A DNA stretch of 63,779 nucleotides, counting the filler, from Guillardia theta CCMP2712 (taxonomy: Eukaryota; Protista; Cryptophyta): the NCBI RefSeq assembly GCF_000315625.1. It is 8 parts of 8 records of this genome, joined end to end, with 100 filler letters (N's around TTAATTAATTAA, not from the genome) between each part and the next. Parts side by side here need not be neighbours in the genome. Positions count along the whole stretch, not along the records: positions 1 to 14,536 come from NW_005434401.1; positions 14,637 to 40,090 come from NW_005434507.1; 6 more parts are not named here. The stretch is one strand, 5' to 3'. Positions 12,940-23,673 of this stretch are shown in pieces. The first letter of the stretch is position 1. Each line of letters opens with the position of its first letter. The translations under genes were made by a program, and so were the position numbers. The notes beneath the pieces are model-generated. The model searched no databases. It was not told where the DNA came from and saw only the letters and a list, made by a program, of their open reading frames with translations.

Positions 12940-13100
12940 ATCTCCAGAAGTTCGATCTGAGAAGGCTCCTCCTCTACCGACCGAGAAGCCATCGAACATA
13001 GCGTACAGTAAAGGAAGTAGACGAGTTGAACAGTAGATAGAACCAGCCTGTCACAGGTAGGATCATTCCCTACTTTCGTTCTGACTATGTACCTCCGCAG

Positions 13101-14500
13101 ATGCAACTTCTCTCGCTTTCTCTTTCGCTTTCTTGCTCTCTTACCATCGTGTTGGCCCTGGTCGGGCTGGTCCAGTGCCAGTCAATCGATCCGGGCAGAG
13201 CAGAGAAGTTCTTCCATGAAGGGCACGCGTTACATTCTAGGGCCAACAGCCATGCTGATGCTGCTGCGTTTGAAGGCAAGTGAGCGAGCGGGAAAGGAGC
13301 ATGAACAGATGAATAATCTCCTGTCTTCACTCCTCTTGTTCCTGCTTGCGCTTCTTATTCCAGTCTGATCCTCATGTTTGAGGACAGAAGCGATTATCAA
13401 CTACAAGCAAGCGCTTGATAGCATGGGAGGACAACATGCGGCGACACAGTATTACCTTGGAACATGTCAGCTCGATTCAGGTGAGAAGGTCTCATCCTGC
13501 ATTGATCGCTGTAGCTCATTCAGTGCTTCTGAGATGATTCGGATCAGGAAAGTTTGAAGAAGGCGTGAAGAACGTAGCTGCTGCATTGAAAGCTGAGCCA
13601 GACACGTTTGGTCCTGAGGCATTCCAAAGGCTCACAGCAGGTCTGATTTTCATGGTTGAGCCCTGTGCAAGTTCGACAAAATTGTAGAGGTTCAAACACA
13701 ACAGTAGATGCTCTCTGGATGTGATTTTGAAGTGTTGGAATGATAGGGCAATGATTTGTAATCATGTCTTCCGCATGTTTAGATGTTGAGATGATTCTAT
13801 TTGTTGGGTTTGCGTTGTGTCGTGATTCAGTAGTGACTGTTTCATTTGTCAGGTCAACAATCTGTCGACATGATATGCAGGTTGATCCATGTTCAACCGC
13901 CTCATCCCTGATTGCATTGCGGGTGATCGTGAACAGAGAGGCATCAGAACAACCTCCCTCATCTGCAGACGACCGGCTAGTCAGACAGGAGCCTCGTGCC
14001 CTAGTCACGGCATGGGACGACGTGTTTGATCGCGGCTTCCTGCCCACTCTGACAGCTGCTGCAACTGCATTGCAAAGAGAACAGCATAAGGAGAACGCCC
14101 CTCGGACGTGAGCAACTGATCTCCTCCTCCTACTTCTGCTCATGTCTTGCAGGCTATGGTTCCCTGCTGAAGACATCTTGAAGGTCGGACGGAAGTTCGA
14201 AGAGCCGAATGAGAGGGTTCAAGCGATGAAAGAGCATCCATTACATGTCGCCGTGTATCACCTGTACAAACTCCTCTCTCAGACAGAAGGTGCGATGGGA
14301 CTTGACGAGCACAACAGAGAGAGAGAGGAGGAGCCGGCAGAGGACGGGAAGGCAGATGGAGAAGGAGAGGGAGGAGAGGGAGGAGAGAAGAGAGAGGAGT
14401 GGGGAGGAAGGCTGAGAGCCACAAGGCGTGTAACGGGCGTGTTTAGATTCAAACCGGGAGATTCCTGGAGGGGCTGCGAGTTGTGGGTACGGAGGCGAGG
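13101..14500 (+). CDS. Secreted TPR-containing multi-exon protein, truncated by a gap
   Basis: Hydrophobic signal peptide; spliced exons EAIINYKQALD, ATQYYLGTCQLDSGKFEEGVKNVAAAL fit TPR helices. Confidence 0.55.
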
Positions 14501-14580
14501 TGGGTCTTGTTCCTGCTGCTGCTGCTGCTGCTGCTGNNNNNNNNNNNNNNNNNNNNNNNNNNNNNNNNNNNNNNNNNNNN

Positions 14581-14592
14581 TTAATTAATTAA
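14581..14592. other. Artificial six-frame-stop contig linker TTAATTAATTAA (also 40135, 48289, 52544, 54617, 58202, 62410)
   Basis: Identical 12-mer centred in ~100-bp N runs. Confidence 0.95.
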
Positions 14593-14670
14593 NNNNNNNN
14601 NNNNNNNNNNNNNNNNNNNNNNNNNNNNNNNNNNNNCCTCTTCTCCCTGCCCTACGACTACCTCTCCCTT

Positions 14671-14887
14671 TGTTGTATACACAACACAGAGATTGTCGAC
14701 GTCAGGAGTGAAGTAAGGATGAAGAAGATAAAGAAGCACAAGATAAAAGTTTCCAAGTTTACTGGGAGGCAAACTACGCATGAATGCAAGGGGGGGGAAT
14801 TCAGGAGGCCGAACGCTGGGGAAGCGTCCGCTTAAATAGGGAGTATCCAGCGAGTATCCGTGATTCCGGATCCTCATGTATACAACA
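14671..14887 (-). mobile_element. Solo LTR of the Gypsy/chromovirus family
   Basis: TGTTG...CAACA termini; reverse-complement match to 22782-23028; flanks CCCTT/CCCTC are a near-perfect 5-bp TSD. Confidence 0.85.
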
Positions 14888-15160
14888 CCCTCCTCACTAA
14901 GCCCTCTCCCCTNNNNNNNNNNNNNNNNNNNNNNNNNNNNNNNNNNNNNNNNNNNNNNNNNNNNNNNNNNNNNNNNNNNNNNNNNNNNNNNNNNNNNNNN
15001 NNNNNNNNNNNNNNNNNNNNNNNNNNNNNNNNNNNNNNNNNNNNNNNNNNNNNNNNNNNNNNNNNNNNNNNNNNNNNNNNNNNNNNNNNNNNNNNNNNNN
15101 NNNNNNNNNNNNNNNNNNNNNNNNNNNNNNNNNNNNNNNNNNNNNNNNNNNNNNNNNNNN

Positions 15161-15600
15161 TCGCTGCCGCATCGCCCGTTTCCCCGTTGGAGGCAATGGG
15201 GCGGAGTAGTAGAGGCAGACGATGTCGAGCTTCTCTGCGCGGTCAGCCGGCTCCTGCCCCTGCACGCCGAGCTGTGCTTGCTCCGCGCCGCCGCGTCCCA
15301 GCGGCTGGTCTCCGGGCCCCGGCAGGCTTCCACGGGAGCGGTGTCGTCGGGGAGAGGCAGGAGGACGTCGAGGGAGGGGTCGTCGGCCAGGGAGAGGTCA
15401 GGGACAGGTATTGTGCAGGGAGTGCCAGGGATCAGAAGGGAGTTGAAGATGTCTAAAGTAGACGAGGAGAAGCAGCGGTCTAGAGAGGTGAAAGAGGGTT
15501 CTGAGACATCGACGGGGTCGATGGGGAGGAGGAAGGAGGGGTTGAGGGAGGGGTCGTCGAGGAGGAAGGAGGACAGCGTGAGGAGGAGAGGGGGAGACAT
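15161..15600 (-). pseudogene. Diverged CENP-B/psq-type HTH gene copy with a 1-nt frameshift
   Basis: Shares DDPSLNPSFLLPIDPVDVS and ACRGRSRLTA with 17656-18279; EKLDIVCLYYSAP continues in another frame. Confidence 0.65.
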
Positions 15601-16354
15601 CAGGGAGGGCAGGAAGGACAGAGGCTTTCCGAGTCGAGGAAGAAAGGAAGGGAGCAATGCGTCAGATGATGGGGAGGAGCAGGTCGTGGGCGTGGGTGGG
15701 GAGAGGAACCTTGTGTGCGATATTCCCCGTGCTGACAGGAAGGCATGCAGGGAGTGTCTTGAAAGATATCTCGTACCGGTGATATGGATGGGGAATAGCG
15801 GGGTGGTGAAGGGTGGAGGAGGTCTAGTCCACATGAAAGGCTGTGAGCGCCGAAGCGTCGCTTTACTACGACTGATGGGATCACGTCCTGTGACTTTTAA
15901 AGCCTGGTGAATTGTAAGAAGTAAACTTTTTTTTTTTGAGTTGACAACGTACACGAAGAAATAATAATCTCAGAGTTGTTGCGTACCCCTCTAAATCAGT
16001 GATAGAGGAGGGGTGAAGGTACCGGGTGAACGAAGGAGTGAACCCAGGGGATAGAGGAGGAGGAAGGGCGCGTTTTCGAAACCTTCTGCGAAATCCAATT
16101 GAAGGCTTATTATAAAATGAGTAACAAGCCTCGATTTCAATCTGTATCAATTCCAAAATGTTTAAATTTCAATAATAAGAAGTTTGCGAGGAACTCATCA
16201 TTTTGCTAGCGTCGTTGGAGACACTGGGGCGGAGTAGTAGAGGCAGACGATGTCGAGCTTCTCCTGCGCGGTCAGCCAGATTTGTGTGGCTTATAGGTTT
16301 GAAGGTTTTGGTAGGAACAAGTCTTGACGATTGTGCAATCTGTTCATCACATAG

Positions 16355-16880
16355 TCGGTCAGGTAGGTAGGGAGGTAGGGAGGTAGGGAGGTAGGGAGGT
16401 AGGGAGGCATGGAGACAGTCGGTCAGGTAGGGAGGTAGGGAGGGAGGGAGGTAGGGAGGTAGGGAGGCATGCAGACAGTCGGTCAGGTAGGGAGGTAGGG
16501 AGGTAGGGAGGTAGGGAGGCATGCAGACAGTCGGTCAGGTAGGTAGGTAGGTAGGGAGGTAGGGAGGTAGGGAGGCATGCAGACAGTCGCTCAGGTAGGT
16601 AGGTAGGGAGGTAGGGAGGTAGGGAGGTAGGGAGGCATGCAGACAGTCGGTCAGGTAGGGAGGTAGGGAGGTAGGGAGGGAGGAGAAGGTCTGGACATCA
16701 TAAAAAGAGTGTACTTCGTGTCATACGACGCGGTAAAGCGACGATTCGAGAAGTCACCACCCACCCCTCGATGAGTTCCCGAGTAATCCCCGACTTTCAG
16801 AAGTATCCACCCCCACCCCCCTATTTGAATCACCCATCCACCCGTCTGCTCGGACATCATGTCACAAGCTTTACCACCCC
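16355..16880. repeat. (AGGGAGGT)n/GCAGACAGTCGGTCAGGT minisatellite plus ~180-bp core; inverted copy at 30875-31300
   Basis: Core AAAAGAGTGTACTTCGTGTCATACGACGCGG... is the reverse complement of 30875-31046. Confidence 0.85.
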
Positions 16881-17655
16881 TCCTCCTCCCTCATGTACCC
16901 ATAGCCAACGCTTGGAAATCAGCATGCGACCCGTGCCCCAGTATTAGAACATGCCAAGACCTTCTCCTCCCTCCCGCCTTCTCTCCATCGCTACTTGACC
17001 GACTGTTTGCATGCCTCTCGCTCTCTCTCTTTCTCCTTCTCTGTGTCGCGCGCTCTCTCTCTTTTATCTCTCTGCCAACCTCTTGCTGAACTCCTTCATC
17101 CGACTCCCTGTCTACCTCCTCGTCCTCGTATTGTCTTACCCATGTCGTCTACTGCCGCCGATGGCTTCATCATCACTCAGTGCTGCGAGACCCCCACGGG
17201 GTCATTGACAGCATCGTGGAGGACGGAAGAGCCTCAAGCACGGGCCCATCACGCTTGCGCGTCATAAGTACAACTAATCTGGCTTGGACGCTTGTCCTGC
17301 AGGTCCAGGAATGCTCGTTTGCCCTCCTGATTGCTAGAGTCTCGTCCTTGAGTCTGGGATACGAGGCGACGGACTAAGCCAACTGCCAGGATGAGACACA
17401 GAGCGGTCGGACTGTTGGAAGCAGCACAGTGATGTCGAATGGCATGTTTGGAGTGAAGCTAAGTTTCTATGAACCAGCTCGTACATCAAGTGCATTCAAA
17501 GAAATCAACCGATGCGTCCATGAGGCAATCGATAGGTCTGTGGACCAATGAATCAAGGGGGTGTGTATTTTTATCCCGCGCACCATCCCCTCTCCTCCCC
17601 GCCCTATGACTACCTCTCCCTCCCCTTTCACCTCTCCTCTGCCTCCTCTGCCCTC

Positions 17656-18279
17656 TCAGCAACTACCCCCTTCTGACTGTGTGGGCTTCTCCTTCAGACG
17701 CTCCTCCTTCGCAATGCTCTCGAGGACCTCGTTGCGGTTCCTGACCATGAGCCCTTGAGCCGTCGCCATGACCCACCTCGCGTACTCCGGCCTCAGCACC
17801 TTGCTGATCGCCGCACGGCTCTTGCCGTACATCCTCGACAGGTCTCGCTGCCGCATAGACCTTCTTTGCCCCACCGACACTGGGGCGGAGTAGTAGAGGC
17901 AGACGATGTCGGCCTTGTCCTGCGCGGTCAGCCGGCTCCTGCCCCTGCACGCCGAGCTGTGCTTGCTCCGCGCCGCCGCGTCCCAGCGGCTGGTCTTCGA
18001 GCCCCGGCAAGCCTCCACTGGAGCGGTGTCGTCGGGAAGAGGCAGGAGGACGTCGGGAGAGGGGTCGTTGGCGAAGGAGAGGTCAGCAGCAGGGACGGGA
18101 AATGGAGAGTCAGGAAGAAGGATTGAAGGGATGAAGGTGCAGGAAGAAGAGTAGGCGAGGACATCAAAAGAAGGGATCTTGCAGGAGACATCGACGGGGT
18201 CGATGGGGAGGAGGAAGGAGGGGTTGAGGGTTGGGTCGTCGAGGAAAGCGGATGTCGGCAGGGACAGAGCAAGGGACAT
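17656..18279 (-). CDS. Stand-alone CENP-B/pipsqueak-like HTH DNA-binding protein
   Basis: RLTAQDKADIV...MRQRDLSRMYGKSRAAISKVL fits the HTH_psq/CENP-B N-terminal pattern; likely start MSLALSLP at 18279; no DDE domain. Confidence 0.6.
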   Translation of the reverse strand: MSLALSLPTSAFLDDPTLNPSFLLPIDPVDVSCKIPSFDVLAYSSSCTFIPSILLPDSPFPVPAADLSFANDPSPDVLLPLPDDTAPVEACRGSKTSRWDAAARSKHSSACRGRSRLTAQDKADIVCLYYSAPVSVGQRRSMRQRDLSRMYGKSRAAISKVLRPEYARWVMATAQGLMVRNRNEVLESIAKEERLKEKPTQSEGGSC

Positions 18280-18903
18280 GGTAGAAGGTTCAGAGGGAGG
18301 GGAGGACAGACGTTGCGAGCAAAGGTGGACAGGGAGCGAGAACGTTTGATGTAAGGGGGAGGACGTGGCGGGAGAACGGTAGAGATGGCTGGGAGGGTAG
18401 GGTAGGGTGGTTATCCCAGTAAGGATCGTGAAATGAAGTCTTTTCATCCCAGGAAGTCAGCTCTGCTTTCAACATTCCTCGTGCCAGACGAGGGGGTGGC
18501 TAGATGCTACATACTTTTCAAGTAAGGGGGAGTAGGGTAGTAGATTCCCCATCCTAGAGCTGGGGGAATGTGCAAGAATGAATAGATCGTTCCTCGACAG
18601 AGAAATGTGAAATGACTTCTTTTGGTCCTGGTCTAGAATTGCAAGAGTCCCGAGACGTTGCTTTCCCGCAACTTATCAAGTGAAGTAAACCTTTTTTTTT
18701 CTGAGGCTCAACTTTTTTTTCCAGACATGTTAGAAAAGAAAATTCAAGCTCTACCCCTGATTAGTAATGTGGGTTTATGAGGGGGTGGGGTAGTAAGACC
18801 TAGGATAAAAAGTTTTCAATTTTATTTGTTCCTGTCCTGCCTTGTGCCTCCTTGTCTTGCACAGCCCTCGCTGTCTCCCTCGTCCTGATCCCCTTCAACC
18901 GAC

Positions 18904-19170
18904 TCCTCGTCTACCTCCTCGTCCCTCCTCGTCTATCTCCTCGTCTATCTCCTCGTCTCTCCTCGTCTATCTCCTCGTCTATCTCCTCGTCTACCTCCTC
19001 GTCTACCTCCCCGTCTACCATCTCGTCTACCTCCCCGTCTACCTCCTCGTCTACCATCTCGTCTATCTCCTCGTCTACCTCCCCGTCTTTCTCCTCGTCT
19101 ACCTCCCCGTCTTTCTCCTCGTCTACCTCCTCGTCTACCTCCCCGCCTATCCCCTCATCTACCTCCTCAT
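18904..19170. repeat. 12-bp (CTCCTCGTCTAY)n minisatellite; second copy 33670-33897
   Basis: Read directly. Confidence 0.9.
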
Positions 19171-20199
19171 CCTTGGTAGAGGCATACAGAATGTTCACCA
19201 TTGGTCACGAACGAAATCTTTATCATTTTCACCGTACCTGATATGATCGTGAACAACGGTGAACACTCGACCCTCAAAAGTTCATGAGCTGAGCATGACA
19301 AGACCCCTCATATCATCTAGCAAGGCTACCCTCATCTCGTCTGCAAAGTTTGGGGTATCTTTGGCTGAACAATCATGCCATAAATGTTCACTTTCACAAG
19401 CCAGAGCATGCCGGCAGCAAGCTGACATCAAGGCTAGTTATATCATGAAAGATCATGGACTGCGTCGCGGAGGACTAGACAGTGAGTACGGCGCTCGTGG
19501 AGCTTATGAATTCCCTGTTGGTATTAGCAGTCGAGGCTAATCCGACATGGAACTTGTAAGTCTTCTACGCAAACAAGCATACCTAGTCCATTGGAAGAGG
19601 AAAACCCATGGCGACGGTTCAAGCTTGGGCTCCTCAGGACAGAACAAGTAGGGGGCAGGTAGACTCCATCTATTGCTGCCAATTGAGTTGGTAGTTGATA
19701 AGTGGTAGGCTATGAAAGCTTATCGAAGTACTTTCTTTATTCACATGAGATGCAACTCTCTGTCCTGTTCCTCCCTTCCTCCTCGCTCGCTCGCTCGCTC
19801 GCTCCCTTCCTCTTCCTCTTCCTCCCTTTCTCATGGCGACCCAGCACGAACAGCATGTTCAGCTTTTAGCTGCTCTCCAACCGCTTGCGACGCGTGCGGG
19901 AAACGAGTAGCAGCGGCAGGCAACGAGAGGGGAGCATCACTCGCTCCTCCTGCCGCTGGTCTTTGCCCCAGCCTCTCTTACCAGGTAGCAGCGCTTTACC
20001 TCCTCATCGGAGCTCGCTAAGCCATTTCGTGCTGCCGCCTGATCGGAACGCGTCGTGCTCAACGGCCGCGTCCCTTCCTACGGGTCAACTCCATGTTTGC
20101 CCCTGCTTAGCCCTCAGCCGTGGCGACGCCTCCGCGCCGCTTCAGCTCGCCTTACCCGATCTTATTCGGCTCCCCGTCAGCATCAGCTCTTACCGAGTT

Positions 20200-21360
20200 C
20201 ATGCTGACCAGACCGTCGCCCTGCTCGACCACGGCGCGACGATCAACATCATGTCTCAGCAGCTTTGGATTCATCACTGCAAGCAGCATATTCCAAGGAT
20301 TCATCCAGCAGGTCCTTCATGATCTACCCCCCACGTTTGCATACATCGACGGCATCGTCATCGCTACGTATTCCACCTGGGAAGCTCATGCAGCTCACGT
20401 TCGCGCGGTGCTTCAACGCTGTCGCGAACATCAGGTCTTCTTCAAGAGAATGAAAGCTCAATTTTTTCGCACTAGTGTTGACTTCTTAGGTCACCGCGTC
20501 TCCGCCGACGGCGTGACGACCCAACACTCCAAGACGGCGGCTATCTCCGCGTGGCCGCTACCGACGACTACTAAACAAGTCAAGATGTTCCTTGGACTAG
20601 CTTCCTATTATCGAAAGTTCATTCGCAACTTCTCGACAATAGCAGCCCCTCTGACTGACCTTCCCCGCAAGGGCGCTCAGTTTCAGTGGACTGCAGCATG
20701 TCAAAGCGCGTTCGACAGCCTCAAGCAAGCTTTGACGTCTCAGCCCCTCCTGCATCACTTCGACCCGTCCCTTCCGACCGAAGTACACTGCGACGCGTCC
20801 AACGTCGGGATAGGAGGCGTACTTTTACAGCAGCCTCCCAACGCCCCCGCCCGCGTCATTGGCTTCTACAGCTGCAAGTTAACTCCGACCGAGCAACGCT
20901 ACCACGCGACCGAACGAGAGTTACTCGCAATCAAGGATACCATCCTTTTGAAGGCTTCAAGTTCTACTTGATAGGGACTCCATTCAAGGTCTTTACTGAT
21001 CATCAAGCTCTCACGTATTTCCAGACACAGAAAGACATCAACAGCAGATTGATTCGTTGGCTTCAAACGCTCAGCGAGTTTGCAATCACCGAGTACTGTT
21101 ACGTCAAAGGTTCTCAGAACGTCGTCCCCGACGCTCTCAGCCGTCAAGATGAAGTTCCCCTCTCGACTGCAGTCGCTCCTCATCACGAGCAACTCTCTCG
21201 TCAAGAGGACGGCTTCTTGCTCGCCTTCGCCGTCAGCGCCTTGCAGCCTTTGTCGGACCAGATTCAAGCCGCCTACGAGACGTGCGACTTTTGTCGTCCT
21301 CTTATCCAACGTCTCCGCGCCAAGTCTTCCGTAACTTCTTTTCATCTGGATGATGAGCTT
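20200..21360 (+). pseudogene. Gypsy pol protease/RT/RNase H with deletion and frameshifts
   Basis: Protease joined directly to FGFITASSIFQ; YIDD changed to YIDG; frame change near 20940. Confidence 0.85.
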
Positions 21361-22720
21361 CTGTTTTATACAGATTCGTTGCGCCGACGACCTCCGGTCC
21401 CACCTCGGGTTTTCAAGAACCTACCTTCAGCTAGCAGCAACCGTTTATTGGCCCCAGCTTCGGAAAGATACCGAGCTTTACATCCTGTCATGCCAGCATT
21501 GTCTTCAAGGGAAATCTTATCGACAACGACCAATGGGTACTCCTCATCCCCATGCCGTTCCCTCGACACGCTTCGAAGTCGTCAGTCTCGACTTGCTGAC
21601 CGGACTCCCACGAACTCGAGATAAGAACGATGCAATTCTTCTCTTCATTGACGAGTTCACCGGGCGAGTTTATCTCACCCCCTCCCGTAAATCGATAACG
21701 TCTGAACAAGCTGCTCAAAAATTTATCGAAACCGTGTTTCGATCCCAAGGCCTTCCTCAAGTCCTTATCAGCGACAACGCTGCCATCTTTTCGTCCAGAT
21801 TCTGGAATGCGCTCTTCAAGATGCTCAACGTTCACGTGAAGCATTCGTCGCCTTTTATGCCTCAAAGCAACGGTCGACCCGAGCGTATGAACTCCGTCGT
21901 CCTCGAAGCTCTGCGTATCTACACCACGCAGTATCCTCGAGCCGATTGGGATAGGTACCTCCCCATCCTGGAGACTCACCTAAACTCAGCTGTTCGCCGC
22001 CCCATCGGTGCCAGCCCTTTCGAAGTCATGTTCGGCAAACCTATCAGGACACAACTTTCTCTGCCTTCCCCTGACGATCATCAGGACGAGACCCTCGACT
22101 CCATTCGTGAAGCAACCGAAGTCAGCGCCGAAGCTGCCCGAGCTGCTCTCGAAGCTGCAGCGCGAGCCACCGAAGCTCGCCTTGAGCAGGCCCGTCGTCC
22201 CTGCCGCTATCAAGTTGGAGATCTGGTTTGGCTCTCTACCGCCAACCTCAACATCCCCGACGCCGCCTCGAAGCTCAACCCTCGCTTCGTTGGTCCCTTC
22301 CGCATCCTGGAATTTGTTTCAGACAACACCGTTGGTCTCGACGTCTCTCCTCGCTTCGCATCGATCAGAAACACCGTCATCAACATCAAGTGGCTTCGTC
22401 CGCATACAGAGCGCGACCCTGCCTATCAAGATCCCCAGCGACCACCCGAACCTCTGGCCACCAGAGACGGCTTGGAATACGAGATCGAGAGCATTCTCAG
22501 CAAACGTCGTTGCGGTCGAGGTATTCAGTACCTTGTTAAGTGGACAGGCTATGATCAAGTCAGTGAGAACAATTGGCTTCCTGCTCGTGAGTTGCAGCAG
22601 AAATCAGGTCTTCGCGACCTCATCCGTCAATTCGAAGAATGTGAAGCTCTTCAAGCTTTACCCTCCCACGCCTGGACTCCTCCGACTCGTCTGAAGTGGA
22701 ACTTTAAATCCTATCGTTGA
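21350..22720 (+). CDS. Gypsy integrase (DDE) with C-terminal chromodomain
   Basis: CQHC, LDLLTGL, ISDNAAIF, PQSNGRPERMN, GPF, YEIESIL...YLVKWTGY. Confidence 0.85.
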   Translation: MMSFCFIQIRCADDLRSHLGFSRTYLQLAATVYWPQLRKDTELYILSCQHCLQGKSYRQRPMGTPHPHAVPSTRFEVVSLDLLTGLPRTRDKNDAILLFIDEFTGRVYLTPSRKSITSEQAAQKFIETVFRSQGLPQVLISDNAAIFSSRFWNALFKMLNVHVKHSSPFMPQSNGRPERMNSVVLEALRIYTTQYPRADWDRYLPILETHLNSAVRRPIGASPFEVMFGKPIRTQLSLPSPDDHQDETLDSIREATEVSAEAARAALEAAARATEARLEQARRPCRYQVGDLVWLSTANLNIPDAASKLNPRFVGPFRILEFVSDNTVGLDVSPRFASIRNTVINIKWLRPHTERDPAYQDPQRPPEPLATRDGLEYEIESILSKRRCGRGIQYLVKWTGYDQVSENNWLPARELQQKSGLRDLIRQFEECEALQALPSHAWTPPTRLKWNFKSYR

Positions 22721-22781
22721 TCTCCTCATGGTAAGAGCGAAGGACAAGTTGGAACTAAGTTGTCAAGCGCAGATGGAGCGA

Positions 22782-23028
22782 TGTTGTATCCATGAGGATC
22801 CGGAACCTCGGATACTCGTCGGATACTCTGCCGGATATCCCCTATATAAGCGGACGCATCTCGTGCAACCAGCCTCCTGAATTTGCCCCACTTGCATGCA
22901 CAGTGAGTGTGGTGGTTGTGCGTAGTTTACCTCCCAGTAAACTTAGAGACTTCTATCTTCTGCTTCTCTATCTTCTTCATCCTTACTTCACTCCTGACGT
23001 CGACAATCTCTGTGTTGTGTAAACAACA
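22782..23028 (+). mobile_element. 3' LTR, 247 bp
   Basis: TGTTG...CAACA ends, TATATAA near 22843, purine-rich stretch upstream; homologous to 14671-14887 and 32058-32231. Confidence 0.9.
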
Positions 23029-23345
23029 CTGAGGCCGGAGTACGCGAGGGGAGTCATGACGACGGCTCAAGGGCTCATGGTCAGGAACCGCAACGAGGTC
23101 CTCGAGAGCATCGCGGAGGAGGAGCGTCTGAAGGAGGAGCCCATGCAGTCTACCTGGATGGAGATGATGCGGCGAGGGTCAGGGGAGGGAAGGGGGTAGT
23201 GGCTGAGAGGGCAGAGGAGGCAGAGGAGGGGCGAAAGGGGAGGGAGAGGTAGTCATAGGGCAGGGAGAAGAGGGGATTGGGACAAAAATAAAGACAAACG
23301 ACTAGCAAAGGAGGTATTGCAGTATGCTGCTGGTGCGAGTGGGGG
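23029..23345 (+). pseudogene. 3' fragment of the HTH gene family, interrupted by the LTR
   Basis: Reads LRPEYAR...QGLMVRNRNEVLESIAEEERLKEEP directly after the LTR. Confidence 0.8.
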
Positions 23346-23526
23346 GGGGAGGGAGGGAGAAAAGGGAGAAAGGGACGGAGTGAGTGAGGTACACTCGGGA
23401 ACTCCTTCCTTCCTTGCATTTTCGTGTGTGTTTCTTGAAATTTGTTTAATTTCTGTCATTCTCCGTGTGAATTTTTCATTCTGTATTGAAAATTCAAGAA
23501 AAATAAAATATTTTCTTATCATTCTC

Positions 23527-23547
23527 ATGCGAAAAAATTTTTCGCAT
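23527..23547. other. Palindrome ATGCGAAAAA-A-TTTTTCGCAT with related TCTYATGCGTA words nearby
   Basis: 10-bp arms; related words at 23563 and 23585 (reverse). Confidence 0.7.
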
Positions 23548-23649
23548 TGTCTCTGTGTGTATCTTATGCGTACCCTCCCAAAAATACGCATGAGACATTA
23601 TTAACCTTTTCCGCTTCGCGCAAAAGCTTAACCAAAAACTGATGCTCGC

Positions 23650-23668
23650 GCGGGGGGCTCAGCCCCGC
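23650..23668 (-). terminator. GC-rich hairpin (GGGGCT-C-AGCCCC core) just after the replicase stop
   Basis: About 5 nt downstream of the stop at 23674; same core at 27536. Confidence 0.55.
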
Positions 23669-23673
23669 TTATT

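Larger units (their letters stand above)
17567..19727. repeat. ~2.2-kb direct repeat unit, copy A (HTH gene, 12-bp minisatellite, conserved tail)
   Basis: Colinear high similarity with 32231-34450. Confidence 0.9.
19833..23028 (+). mobile_element. Defective Ty3/Gypsy chromovirus LTR retrotransposon (no 5' LTR, RT N-half deleted)
   Basis: Order protease (LLDHGAT), RT (FAYIDGI, FLGHRVS), RNase H (HCDASNVGIG, TERELLAI, FTDHQAL), integrase, chromodomain, 3' LTR. Confidence 0.9.

Noticed and set aside
18842-19246. LLVYLLVY, poly-Ser or DEEVDEE proteins (also 33609-33971)
   Set aside because: Translations of a 12-bp minisatellite open in several frames
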